49,854 bases of DNA from an uncultured bacterium (lineage in GTDB: Bacteria; Planctomycetota; UBA8108; UBA1146), in NCBI GenBank assembly GCA_937876125.1, contig CALEHF010000390.1, forward strand, positions 1 to 49,854, given 5' to 3'. The position numbers and the translations under genes are program-made. The notes under the pieces are model-generated. The model was given only the letters and a program-made list of their open reading frames with translations. It made no database searches and was not told the origin of the DNA. This document shows positions 39,983-49,000 of the stretch, piece by piece (positions within the stretch are counted from its first letter, which is position 1; the number at the start of each line of letters is the position of its first letter).

Positions 39983-40756
39983 ATGAGCCAGCAGGGTGAC
40001 GCGACGATCCTCGGGATGCTCGAACATCGTTCGATCCGCCGATTCACAAATGATCCCGTCTCGACCGAGACCCTCGAACGCTGGGTCCAGGCCGGCCAAG
40101 CCGCCTCCACCTCGAGCCACGTCCAGGCGTTCTCGGCGATCCGGATTACCGAGCCCAAAACCCGGGAGCGCCTGGTGGAGCTCACGGGAGGTCAGCGACA
40201 AGTCGCGGAAGCGGGGGCGTTCCTCGTGATCTGTGGGGATAGCCGCCGCCACCGCCTCCTCGCCACAAATGCCGGCACCCCCTGCCACGAGAACTTCGAG
40301 AGCTTCCTGGTCGCGGCGATCGATGCGGCCCTCTTCGCCCAGAACCTGGTCGTGGCCGCAGAGTCGGAGGGAGCGGGGATCTGCTACATCGGCGGGCTCA
40401 GAAACGACCTTCCCGCAGTCGATGCCCTGCTCGAACTGCCCGCCGGGGTCTTTCCCCTCTTCGGCTTGTGCCTCGGAACGCCGGCGGAGGACCCGGCGGT
40501 CAAACCCCGCCTCCCCATCGCGGGGGTACTTTTCACCGATCGATACCCGGGGGACGGAGAGCTCGAGCGGGCGATCGAAGAGCACGACGCCGCGATGGCC
40601 AAGCACTATGCCGAGCGCGGCCTCCCCGGTCGCAACTGGAGTGGCGGGGTGGGACGGAAGCGCGCGGTCCCCCATCGCACCGAGCTCCCCGAGTACTACA
40701 CGTCGAAGGGCGCGCGGCTGGATGGGCGCGGAGGGGTGGTCGAGCTGGACGGGTGA
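39983..40756 (+). CDS. nfsA: NfsA/FRP-family NADPH-dependent nitro/flavin reductase
   Basis: HRSIRRF, AASTSSHVQ, IDAALFAQN, AAESEGAGICYIGGLRN, PLFGLCLG, KPRLP; RBS AAGGAG. Confidence 0.9.
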   Translation: MSQQGDATILGMLEHRSIRRFTNDPVSTETLERWVQAGQAASTSSHVQAFSAIRITEPKTRERLVELTGGQRQVAEAGAFLVICGDSRRHRLLATNAGTPCHENFESFLVAAIDAALFAQNLVVAAESEGAGICYIGGLRNDLPAVDALLELPAGVFPLFGLCLGTPAEDPAVKPRLPIAGVLFTDRYPGDGELERAIEEHDAAMAKHYAERGLPGRNWSGGVGRKRAVPHRTELPEYYTSKGARLDGRGGVVELDG

Positions 40757-40777
40757 CAGCCTCCTCCGAGCGCCAAT

Positions 40778-41770
40778 TCACGCCTCTTCCCCGCACTTCC
40801 CATGCAACTCGGCCGCAACCGTCACGAGTCTCTCGCGCTGCTCGAGCTTTGCCAACGGCTCCGGGGGCAGTCGGCGAGCGCCGTTGGCCGCCCCCCACAC
40901 CGCACCCGCCATGGCGCCGATGGTGTCGACATCGCCACCCACCGACGCGATGAAGTTCTGCATCTCGAGGAACGGCTCTTCTGCGAAGCGCAGAGCGCAG
41001 TAGATCGCAGTCACACACGATTCCGTCGTCGCGATGCCATTGCCGAGGTGTTGTCGGATCAGTTGGGCGGACGGCGCGTCGCCACTATCGAACCACTGTT
41101 TCGCGAGCTCGAGGCGCGAACGGAACGGATCCTTCGCGCAATTTTCTTGAGGGCTGTCTTTCGGAGCACTGTCTTTCGGAGCGCTGTCTTCCGGAGAACT
41201 GTCTTCCAGAACACAGTGCCGCGTCGCGGCCGCGAGCACTGCGTCTCGAGACTCACCCAGCGCGGCGGACGCCGTCGACGCGGCAACGAGAACAGCGCCG
41301 ACTTCGCCGAGCGGGTGCGCATGGGTGACCCGGGCCGCCCGGCGTGCGGCGTCTGCCAACTCGCGAGGCCTCGAAGCAAAGAACAGCCCGATGGGAGCCG
41401 CTCGCATCGCGCCGCCATTTCCGTAGGACCCGTCTGGGAAGACCGAGCGGTTCGCCTCCTGCCAATCGGCGCCGCCCTTGATGCATTTGAGGAGCTTCGC
41501 CGCTCCCGGGCCATACCCCCAACTCCACCGGTAGCTGTCGGCGAATCTCCGTGCCAGGTCATCCGGATCGATCCGTCCGTGCTCTGTCAACGACTCGGCG
41601 ACGTCCAGAGACATCTGTGTGTCGTCGGTCCAACGCATCTCGCCTTGACGGGTTCTGCCGATGAGTCGCCAGACCAGACGCTCGAGTGGTCCCCCCTCGA
41701 GAGGCGCGCCGAGCGCGTCACCGAGCGCGAGCCCGAGCAAGCAACCTTCGAATCGGTCGCGGTCGATCAT
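40778..41770 (-). CDS. ADP-ribosylglycohydrolase (DraG/ARH family)
   Basis: GCLLGLALGDALGAP, WTDDTQM, GNGGAMRAAP, TH, GGDVDTIGAMAGA; start at ATG 41770; contains a degenerate 15-bp repeat at 41154-41207. Confidence 0.93.
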   Translation of the reverse strand: MIDRDRFEGCLLGLALGDALGAPLEGGPLERLVWRLIGRTRQGEMRWTDDTQMSLDVAESLTEHGRIDPDDLARRFADSYRWSWGYGPGAAKLLKCIKGGADWQEANRSVFPDGSYGNGGAMRAAPIGLFFASRPRELADAARRAARVTHAHPLGEVGAVLVAASTASAALGESRDAVLAAATRHCVLEDSSPEDSAPKDSAPKDSPQENCAKDPFRSRLELAKQWFDSGDAPSAQLIRQHLGNGIATTESCVTAIYCALRFAEEPFLEMQNFIASVGGDVDTIGAMAGAVWGAANGARRLPPEPLAKLEQRERLVTVAAELHGKCGEEA

Positions 41771-42236
41771 CGGGGGCACCTTCCACCAGGACACCCTAAC
41801 TGTCACGAGGCACGATGCGCGCCCCTTCGACCTGGGTCCCATCTCCAAAGCCTCCGCAGCGCAATTCGCACTCGAGCCACCCCTTCGCGAACTGCCAGCC
41901 CTACTTCACCTCTGCCTCGGAGAGTCCGAGCACCGCTCGTCCGCGCCGCTCATTCTTCGTTGCGGAGACTCCCTTTAGAACTCCGCTAAGCTCCCTTTAA
42001 CAAACGACTTGTGGCTTCTCATCTAGCCGCTCGAGCCCCGGCGGGCCAGAAATCTTGCGAACCGCTGTTCTGTTTCTCGGGCGGCGCCCCTTCACCAGGC
42101 AGATCGATCGACGTTGTCGGTCGCAACTCAGCCACACCACTTCGAAAGGGAAGTCGCCATGCAAGTTTCACTGATCCCGTCCGCCGACTCGTCCTGTGTC
42201 CAAGCCAACCCGAACTCCAATGAAATGCGGTGTCCC

Positions 42237-43649
42237 ATGTCCTTCATTCGCCTCACATCCCTCGCGGTCGCTCTCTTGCTCGCTTCGGTCATCTCCGGTT
42301 GTGGCGGCGGTGGTGGTGGTGGCGGTGGCGCAGCTGCCAGCGCACAGTCGAATCTCACCGGCAAGTGGCAGGTCTCCTACACCGAAGTGGGGAACGATTG
42401 CGGAAAGCAGCTCGAGTCCGGTACCGCCGAAATGTCGATCCGCCAGAACGGCGATGTCGTTGATATGGAGATGGTCAATGGCCAAGGCGGCATGGACCGT
42501 TTCGTCGGCTTCCGGAGCGGCGCAACCATCGAGCTGTTCGGTGCCCAGGTGGACTCGAACCGGTCGGCAAGTTTTGACTTCAGCCTCACCGTGTCCGCCG
42601 CGGGCAACTCATTCGTCGGGAGCATGTTCCAAATGGAGGATGAGATGAGCGGTATCTGCAATCGTGAGAACACATTGAGCGCAGTGCGTATCGGAGCCTT
42701 GGATCCTCCCGCACCGCCGACCCACGACTTCACTGAGCTCATGGATGTCTTCGCGAATTCGCTGATCAGTTACTGCGGCGGCGGGGTCGAAGGTGGCACG
42801 GTCACGATCGACTTCGTGCAAGCGGGGAACGACGTCGTGATCGACATTCTGGGTCGGGATGACGAAGTTGCCTTCGGGACCGTGAGTGGAGATACGATCC
42901 GCATTCACGTGGAGACGGAAGAAGAGAATGGTCTGGAGATCCGGATCGGCACTCTGACGGCGACCCCGGACGGGTTCCTCGTAGGAGAAGTGGCCACTCT
43001 CGTCGACGCCGCAGAGCTCTGTGGCGGGATCGAACAGTGGGTCGTGATCCCCGCCCTGGCAGACGAAGTTGCCACCCTGGGCACGACGTTCGGAAGCGTT
43101 GCCGGTGCAACCGACGAATTCACGGGGAGTTGCTGGGTCGATACTCTTCCCGATCGCGCCTACCACTTCACCGCCCCGGAGTCGGGCCTCTACCAGATCG
43201 ACACCTACGGATCCGAGACCAACGACACCGTCCTGTTCGTGCTCGACGCCGCAGGCAACGAAATCGCATGCAATGACCAGGCAGGTGGCACAAGCCACTC
43301 CGAACTCCTCCTCGACCTGGCTGCAGGCGACATGATCGTCATTGTGATCGACGTCTTCACCGCCTCGCAGAGCGAAGAGTTCCAACTCAACATCACTCAC
43401 GTGCTCCAGAGCGTGTCCTCGGACACCTACGTCAATCTAGAGATCGTGAACCTGTCGGGTGCCACCCTTGAGGTGTTCTGGGTGAACTTCGCGGGACTGG
43501 AGCTTCATTACGGAACTCTCATGGACGGTGATTCCTACATGCAGGGCACCTATGCGACTCACCCGTGGCGCTTCCGCACACTCGCCGGGGAACTCCTCGA
43601 GACCTACGTCGCGACGACGGACGCGAACCAAACGGTGACGATCAACTAG
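42237..43649 (+). CDS. Lipoprotein with beta-rich core, PPC-like domain and C-terminal VHL-beta-like domain
   Basis: Lipobox ISGC followed by poly-Gly; PPC-like YHFTAP..GLYQIDTYGS..DTVLFV..IACND; C-terminal VNLSGATLEVFWVNFAG..YGTL..TYATHPWRFR. Alternative start ATG 42159 has an RBS. Confidence 0.8.
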   Translation: MSFIRLTSLAVALLLASVISGCGGGGGGGGGAAASAQSNLTGKWQVSYTEVGNDCGKQLESGTAEMSIRQNGDVVDMEMVNGQGGMDRFVGFRSGATIELFGAQVDSNRSASFDFSLTVSAAGNSFVGSMFQMEDEMSGICNRENTLSAVRIGALDPPAPPTHDFTELMDVFANSLISYCGGGVEGGTVTIDFVQAGNDVVIDILGRDDEVAFGTVSGDTIRIHVETEEENGLEIRIGTLTATPDGFLVGEVATLVDAAELCGGIEQWVVIPALADEVATLGTTFGSVAGATDEFTGSCWVDTLPDRAYHFTAPESGLYQIDTYGSETNDTVLFVLDAAGNEIACNDQAGGTSHSELLLDLAAGDMIVIVIDVFTASQSEEFQLNITHVLQSVSSDTYVNLEIVNLSGATLEVFWVNFAGLELHYGTLMDGDSYMQGTYATHPWRFRTLAGELLETYVATTDANQTVTIN

Positions 43650-43660
43650 GACTCACGAGT

Positions 43661-43804
43661 ATCGCGTGCAATGACCAGGCGGGTGGAACGAGTCACTCCA
43701 AACTGTTCCTCGACCTGTCCGCGGGAGAAACGGTGATCATCGTGATCGACGTCTACTCGACTTGGGACAGCCTGGAGTTCCAGCTGAATATCGGCACCAA
43801 CTAG
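43661..43804 (+). pseudogene. Orphan 3' half of a PPC-like repeat with its own stop codon
   Basis: IACNDQAGGTSHSKLFLDLSAGETVIIVIDVY...EFQLNIGTN*, out of frame with the upstream gene and without a start; collinear with 45773-45916. Confidence 0.85.
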
Positions 43805-43839
43805 GCCTAGCAGCCTGCTCACTCTGTTTGACCATGTTT

Positions 43840-43887
43840 CTCGTCGCTTCCCGCCGGCATCGGCCGCGGGGGGCGACGAGTTTTCTT
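43840..43887 (+). terminator. Intrinsic terminator, copy 1
   Basis: ctcgtcgcttcccgc...gcggggggcgacgag-ttttctt; identical to 45945-45992. Confidence 0.8.
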
Positions 43888-44095
43888 GTGCACTTTCTGC
43901 GGACCTCGGCCGAGCCGCTGATCTCTCGCGATCGCTCTCGCGGCCGTGGCGAGTCGACTCCGTTACCTACGTCTTGGCCAACACTTACGACGATCTCAAC
44001 CGGTGCAGTTCGGTTCTCCCTTCAAACCCCCTTCTTGGTGTGTGGCGCGAACGGTCGTGCCACAGAACGAAACCACCTCGAAGGGAGTGTCTTCC

Positions 44096-45916
44096 ATGCA
44101 ACTCGTCAAACTCACCACCACGGGCGTCTCCGGTCTCCGCACTTGTGCCCTCGCCATCGCTCTCCTGGTCGCCAGCTTTGCGGCCCCCACCGTCGCTGAC
44201 GCTCAGCACGCCTTTACCCGCGGCGACATCAATCAGGACTCGAGCGTCTCCATCGTCGATGCGATCTCGCTCCTCTCCTACCTTTTTGCTGGTCTCCCCG
44301 GTCAGGTTCCGGCCTGCAACGATGCAGCTGACGTCAACGACGACGGCCATATCAGCCTCTCCGACCCGATTGTGCTCCTCACCAACCTGTTCGGCGGCGG
44401 CGGTCCCCTGCCCGCACCGACAAATGGGGAATGCGGAGCCGACCCGACTGCGGACGCACTCGGATGCGACAACTTCGCCGGCTGCACGTCTCTCACCGGC
44501 AAGTGGCAGCTCTCCTACACCGAAGTGGGCAACGATTGCGGGAAGCCACTCGAGTCCGGTACCACCGAAGTGATGATCCGCCAGAACGGCGATGTCATAG
44601 ACTTGGAGATTGGGGATCAAGGTGGCGTGAGCCGTTACGTCGGTTTCCAGAACGGCACAACCATCGAACTGTTCGGTGCGCAGGTTGCCTCGAACTACTC
44701 CTCGAGCATGAACTTCCTCCTCACCGTGTCCGCGGCGGGCAACTCAATCGTCGGGAGCGCGTTCCAGCTTCAAGAGGAGCCCATCGGTATCTGCAATCAT
44801 GAGTACACACTGAACGCAAATCGTATCGGAGACTTGGATCCTCCGGCGCCGCCGACCCACGACTTCACCGCGCTCATGGATGTCTCCGCGAATCCGCTGA
44901 TCAGTTACTGCGGCGGCGGAGCGTCGGGTGGCACGGTCACGATCGACTTCGCGCAGTCGGGGAACAACGTCGCGATCGAGATTCCTGGTCTCGTTGACGT
45001 CATTGCTTTCGGAACCGTGAGTGGAGACACGCTCCGCATTCATGTGGAGACCGAAGAAGCTGGCGGTCGCGAGATTCGGATCGGCACCCTGACGGCGACC
45101 CCGAACGGTTTCCTCACAGGAGAAGTGTCCACCCTCGTCGACGCCGCCACTGGGCTCTGCGGTGGGATTGAAGAGTGGATCGCTGTGCCCCCCACGACAG
45201 GGCCCCCCACGGTCAACGAAGTTGCCACTCTGGGCACGACGTTCGGAAGCGTTGCCGGCGCAACCGACAATTTCACGGGGAGCTGCTGGGTCGACACTCT
45301 TCCCGATCGCGCCTACCAGTTCACTGCGCCGGGAGCGGGCCTCTACCAGATCGACACCTACGGATCCGTGACCGACGACACCGTCCTGTTCGTGCTCGAC
45401 GCCGCAGGCAACGAAATCGCATGCAATGACCAGGCGGGCGGAACGGGACACTCCGAACTCGTCCTCGACCTGGCTGCAGGCGACATGATCGTCATTGTGA
45501 TCGACGTCTACACCTCCTGGCAGAGCGAAGAGTTCCAGCTCAACATCAATCATGCCTTGTCCCCGCTGGCGGACGAATTCGCGGCACTCGGCTCCATGAC
45601 CGGTAGTGTCGCCGGCGAAGACGACGACTACAGCGGGTCTTGCTGGGCCGACACGCTTCCCGATCGCGCCTGCCAATTCAGCGCGCCGGAGTCGAACACC
45701 TACCGCATTGACACGTTCGGCTCGCAGACACTCGACACCGTCCTGTTCGTGCTCGACTCCGCAGGCAACGAGATCGCCTGCAATGACCAGGCGGGTGGAA
45801 CAGGTCACTCCGAACTGTTCCTCAACTTGGCCGCGGGAGAAATGGTGATCATCGTGATCGACGTCTACACCCCCTGGCAGAGCGAAGAGTTCCAGCTCAA
45901 CATCAGCACCAACTAG
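44096..45916 (+). CDS. Secreted protein with N-terminal dockerin-like domain, the same beta-rich core and two PPC-like domains
   Basis: RBS AAGGGAG, ATG 44096, signal peptide (ADA-Q), FTRGDINQD...DVNDDG...CGADPTADALGC, core paralogous to 42353-43400, and two PPC-like repeats. Confidence 0.85.
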   Translation: MQLVKLTTTGVSGLRTCALAIALLVASFAAPTVADAQHAFTRGDINQDSSVSIVDAISLLSYLFAGLPGQVPACNDAADVNDDGHISLSDPIVLLTNLFGGGGPLPAPTNGECGADPTADALGCDNFAGCTSLTGKWQLSYTEVGNDCGKPLESGTTEVMIRQNGDVIDLEIGDQGGVSRYVGFQNGTTIELFGAQVASNYSSSMNFLLTVSAAGNSIVGSAFQLQEEPIGICNHEYTLNANRIGDLDPPAPPTHDFTALMDVSANPLISYCGGGASGGTVTIDFAQSGNNVAIEIPGLVDVIAFGTVSGDTLRIHVETEEAGGREIRIGTLTATPNGFLTGEVSTLVDAATGLCGGIEEWIAVPPTTGPPTVNEVATLGTTFGSVAGATDNFTGSCWVDTLPDRAYQFTAPGAGLYQIDTYGSVTDDTVLFVLDAAGNEIACNDQAGGTGHSELVLDLAAGDMIVIVIDVYTSWQSEEFQLNINHALSPLADEFAALGSMTGSVAGEDDDYSGSCWADTLPDRACQFSAPESNTYRIDTFGSQTLDTVLFVLDSAGNEIACNDQAGGTGHSELFLNLAAGEMVIIVIDVYTPWQSEEFQLNISTN

Positions 45917-45944
45917 CAGCCTTCTCGCTCTCTTGCCTCAGACT

Positions 45945-45992
45945 CTCGTCGCTTCCCGCCGGCATCGGCCGCGGGGGGCGACGAGTTTTCTT
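45945..45992 (+). terminator. Intrinsic terminator, copy 2
   Basis: 48-bp identity with 43840-43887. Confidence 0.8.
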
Positions 45993-46024
45993 ATGCACTC
46001 GTCTCGCGTGTTCGGCTGGTTCGT

Positions 46025-49000
46025 TCAGGGGGTGGTCGTGAGCTTGGGAAGCGCGAGCTCGATCCAGGCGGCAGCCGGGGACTCGGAGGGCGAAAAACCG
46101 AGTAGCTCTTCGATCGAGTCGCTGGCTGCTTCTGCGAAGAGTTGCAGTGTTGTCGCCAGTCCGACCGACTCGGTCAGAGTGTCGGGGCCTGCTCGCCGGA
46201 TCAAGTCCCGCGCTTCTTCGCCCGCCTCTGCCGAGAGCGAGTGGCCCTCGTAGTGCTTCGCGCGCATGCGCACAGTCGCCTCGAGAAGCTGGATTTCGAG
46301 TTCTGTGGTCTGGCCAAGTTCGAGCTGTGCTGCGAGCTGCACGAGCGGCTGTGAATCGCCCAGTAGATCTTCGAGAAGAGCCGCCCGTGCCTCGAATGCC
46401 CGTCGACGAATGGGCGCCGCAATCGCCGGAGACACCTCGCGCGCATCTCGAAGCTCGCATCGGGCGCAGTCATCCTCCCCCGCAAGCCACTCGATTCCGG
46501 CTCGACTCAGCCGATACTCAGCCTCAGCTGCACGATCCGACATTTCCGCGCACAGAGCTGCAGCGCGTTCCGCTGCTGGGCGGGCTGCGTCCAGGTTCCC
46601 GAGCAAGGCTTCGACCTCCGAGAGGTTGTAGTAGCAGCGGGAGAGAGCGCGGCGATTTTGGACCTTTTGAAATGCTGACACCGCATCGATGTAGCCCGAG
46701 CGCGCTGCCTCGAGGTCCCCGCGCTTGAAGGCGACGTTCGAGAGCCACACCCGGGCATGGGTCTGGAAGTCCAGATTGTCGAGTTCGCACCCGATCGACT
46801 CCGTGATCCGAAAGCAGCGCTCCGCCTCGTCGAGTCGATTCTCTTCGTAGTGCAGGATCCCAAGATTGTTTGTGGCTCGGGCCTCCCCGCTCCGATCACT
46901 CCACGCCACATATCTGCGTCGATTTTCCTCCCAGAGTTCCCGCGCTCGGTCGCGGTCTCCGAGACGACGAAATGCTGTCGCGAGGTTCTGCACCGCATCG
47001 GCCTGAATTCGTTCGAGTTCGGGAGCGCGCGCGAGAACTCGCGCTTGTTGAGCGAGCTCGCAAACCTGCTCGAATTGCCCTCTTCGGAACGCGATCTCGC
47101 TCAGTTGGACCAGGGAACTCGCCTTCGATCGGACGTCGTCGAGTTGCTCGGCGAGTTCGAAGGCCGCGCGAATCGACGCCTCCGCTCGCTCGAGCCTTCC
47201 GCACGCAGTATGGACACGCCCCTCGAGCGCCAGCCACTCGAGCTCTCGTCGTGGATCACTCCAACCTATCTGATCCACGATCTCGGTCACCCGCGCCGCC
47301 AGCTGATCCGCGTCGGCCGCCTGACGGAGCCGAACGTGCTGCTCGAGCGCCTTCATCAGCGGAGGCAATGCAGAAGAGAAGTCGCCGAGCTCGAGGAGCC
47401 GTAGCCCCAGCTCCTCGGCGTAGCGCGGTTCGGAAAAGAGATCCTGCAAACACTTCGAGACTTCGAGCCGACGCCGTCGGGCTTGACGACTTCCTCGAAG
47501 TTCGATTTGCCGCACCGCGATCGTCGCAAATGACGGATTCTGAAATCGATACTGCGTGAGCTCTGGATCGGTGGGCAACAAGATGCCGAGAGATTCCAGC
47601 TGGTCGAGGCCATCGTCGAGCGTACTCCCCTCCTCGAAGAGCGCTTCGAGAACGGAGATCGGAATCTCGGTGCCGAGAAGACCTGCCGTCTCGAAGATCG
47701 CGCGCCCTTCGTCGGTCATCTCATCAACCCTTAGTGCCAAGAGATCTACATACTGGCTCGGCATTGCGGAGAGCAGCGCTTGCGGGGTCACCTCCGGCCG
47801 CACGCTCCACGATGTCCCAATGAGTCGGAAGAAGCCCTGGCGGCCGTCCACATTTCGGGAAAGCGCCTCGATCATCTCCTCGATCATCCCCAGGTGTCCA
47901 CCACTTCGAGTGTGGATCGCGTCGGCGAGTCCCGGGGAGTAATCGAGGTGATTCGAACCGGGGTAGCGAAGCGCGAGCAAGGCGTCGATCTCCTCGGCCG
48001 TGATCGAAGTCATCACCGTTCGTTGCAATCGAGGACGAGGGGCAACAAGTCGGTCGAGAACCGTGGGTTCGGCTCGCCCATGGCTCGGAAGCTCGGCCAT
48101 CGTTCCCACGACCGCAAATGGGATGTGTTCCTCGTGGCATCGTTCCAGGATGGCGAGGAGTAGCTCGAGGGACGCAGGATCCGCGTGCTCGAGATCGTCG
48201 ACGAGCGCTACGCAAGGCACAGACTGAGTGAGGCTCGCAATCAGTCGATACCACCGATACTGCTGGGTCGGTGAGTCCTCGGGTTCGAGCTCCTGCCCGA
48301 GGAGCTGTGAGAGGAAGAACTCCACGCTAGGCGAGCCGCGACCGAAGAGCTCGCCAAGACGTCGGCGTGCTGTCTTCTCGAGCAATGCGTCGCGCTGCTC
48401 CGACTCGACGATGCAGAGCAAACTCCTCAGCAAGTCGTGGACGAGTTTGAGTCGCTGCCCGACACCGCTTCGAGCATTCGCTCTCAAAACTCGAATTCCG
48501 AGGCCTCGAGCCACGAGGTCCACGTGGTCCAACGAGACAGTCCGCCCCGTTCCGGCCGCGCCGACGATCAGGTGCAACACACCCGAGTCACTGGCGATCG
48601 AAGCGATACTCGACTCGAGGGACTCCCACTCTCGCCGCGGAAGGACCGGCCGGTTGTGTGCAGAGTCTTCGACCGTGATCCGCGAGGGGACAGACTGGAT
48701 GGTTCGCTGCTCTCCGTCGACACGAACTCGAATCTCTGGCAGCCGACGAGACCCTGACTGAGTCTGGGTCAGAATCACGAGCTGTTCGCGAGTGGTCTCC
48801 GCGGGCAACTCGAGCAAGCCGAGCGGGGGGGAAATCTGGTCCCAACCATCACCCGTGGCGACTTCGACCTCGAACTCGGCGGAGGCGTGGCCCCCGTTCT
48901 CGAAGAACAATCGAAGTTGGACGGGATCGCCAACCCGAACCGATCGCTGCAGTGGAGACGCTTCAACTCTCTGCTGGCCCGAGGCGGGAAGCCCTTCGAA

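Noticed and set aside
39983-41770. ADP-ribosylation toxin-antitoxin or defence module
   Set aside because: The hydrolase has no adjacent ADP-ribosyltransferase, sirtuin or macrodomain gene and is merely convergent with nfsA.
43064-45916. Diversity-generating retroelement (template/variable repeat) among the PPC-like copies
   Set aside because: No reverse transcriptase in the window, and differences between copies are not visibly restricted to adenines. A formal alignment would settle it.
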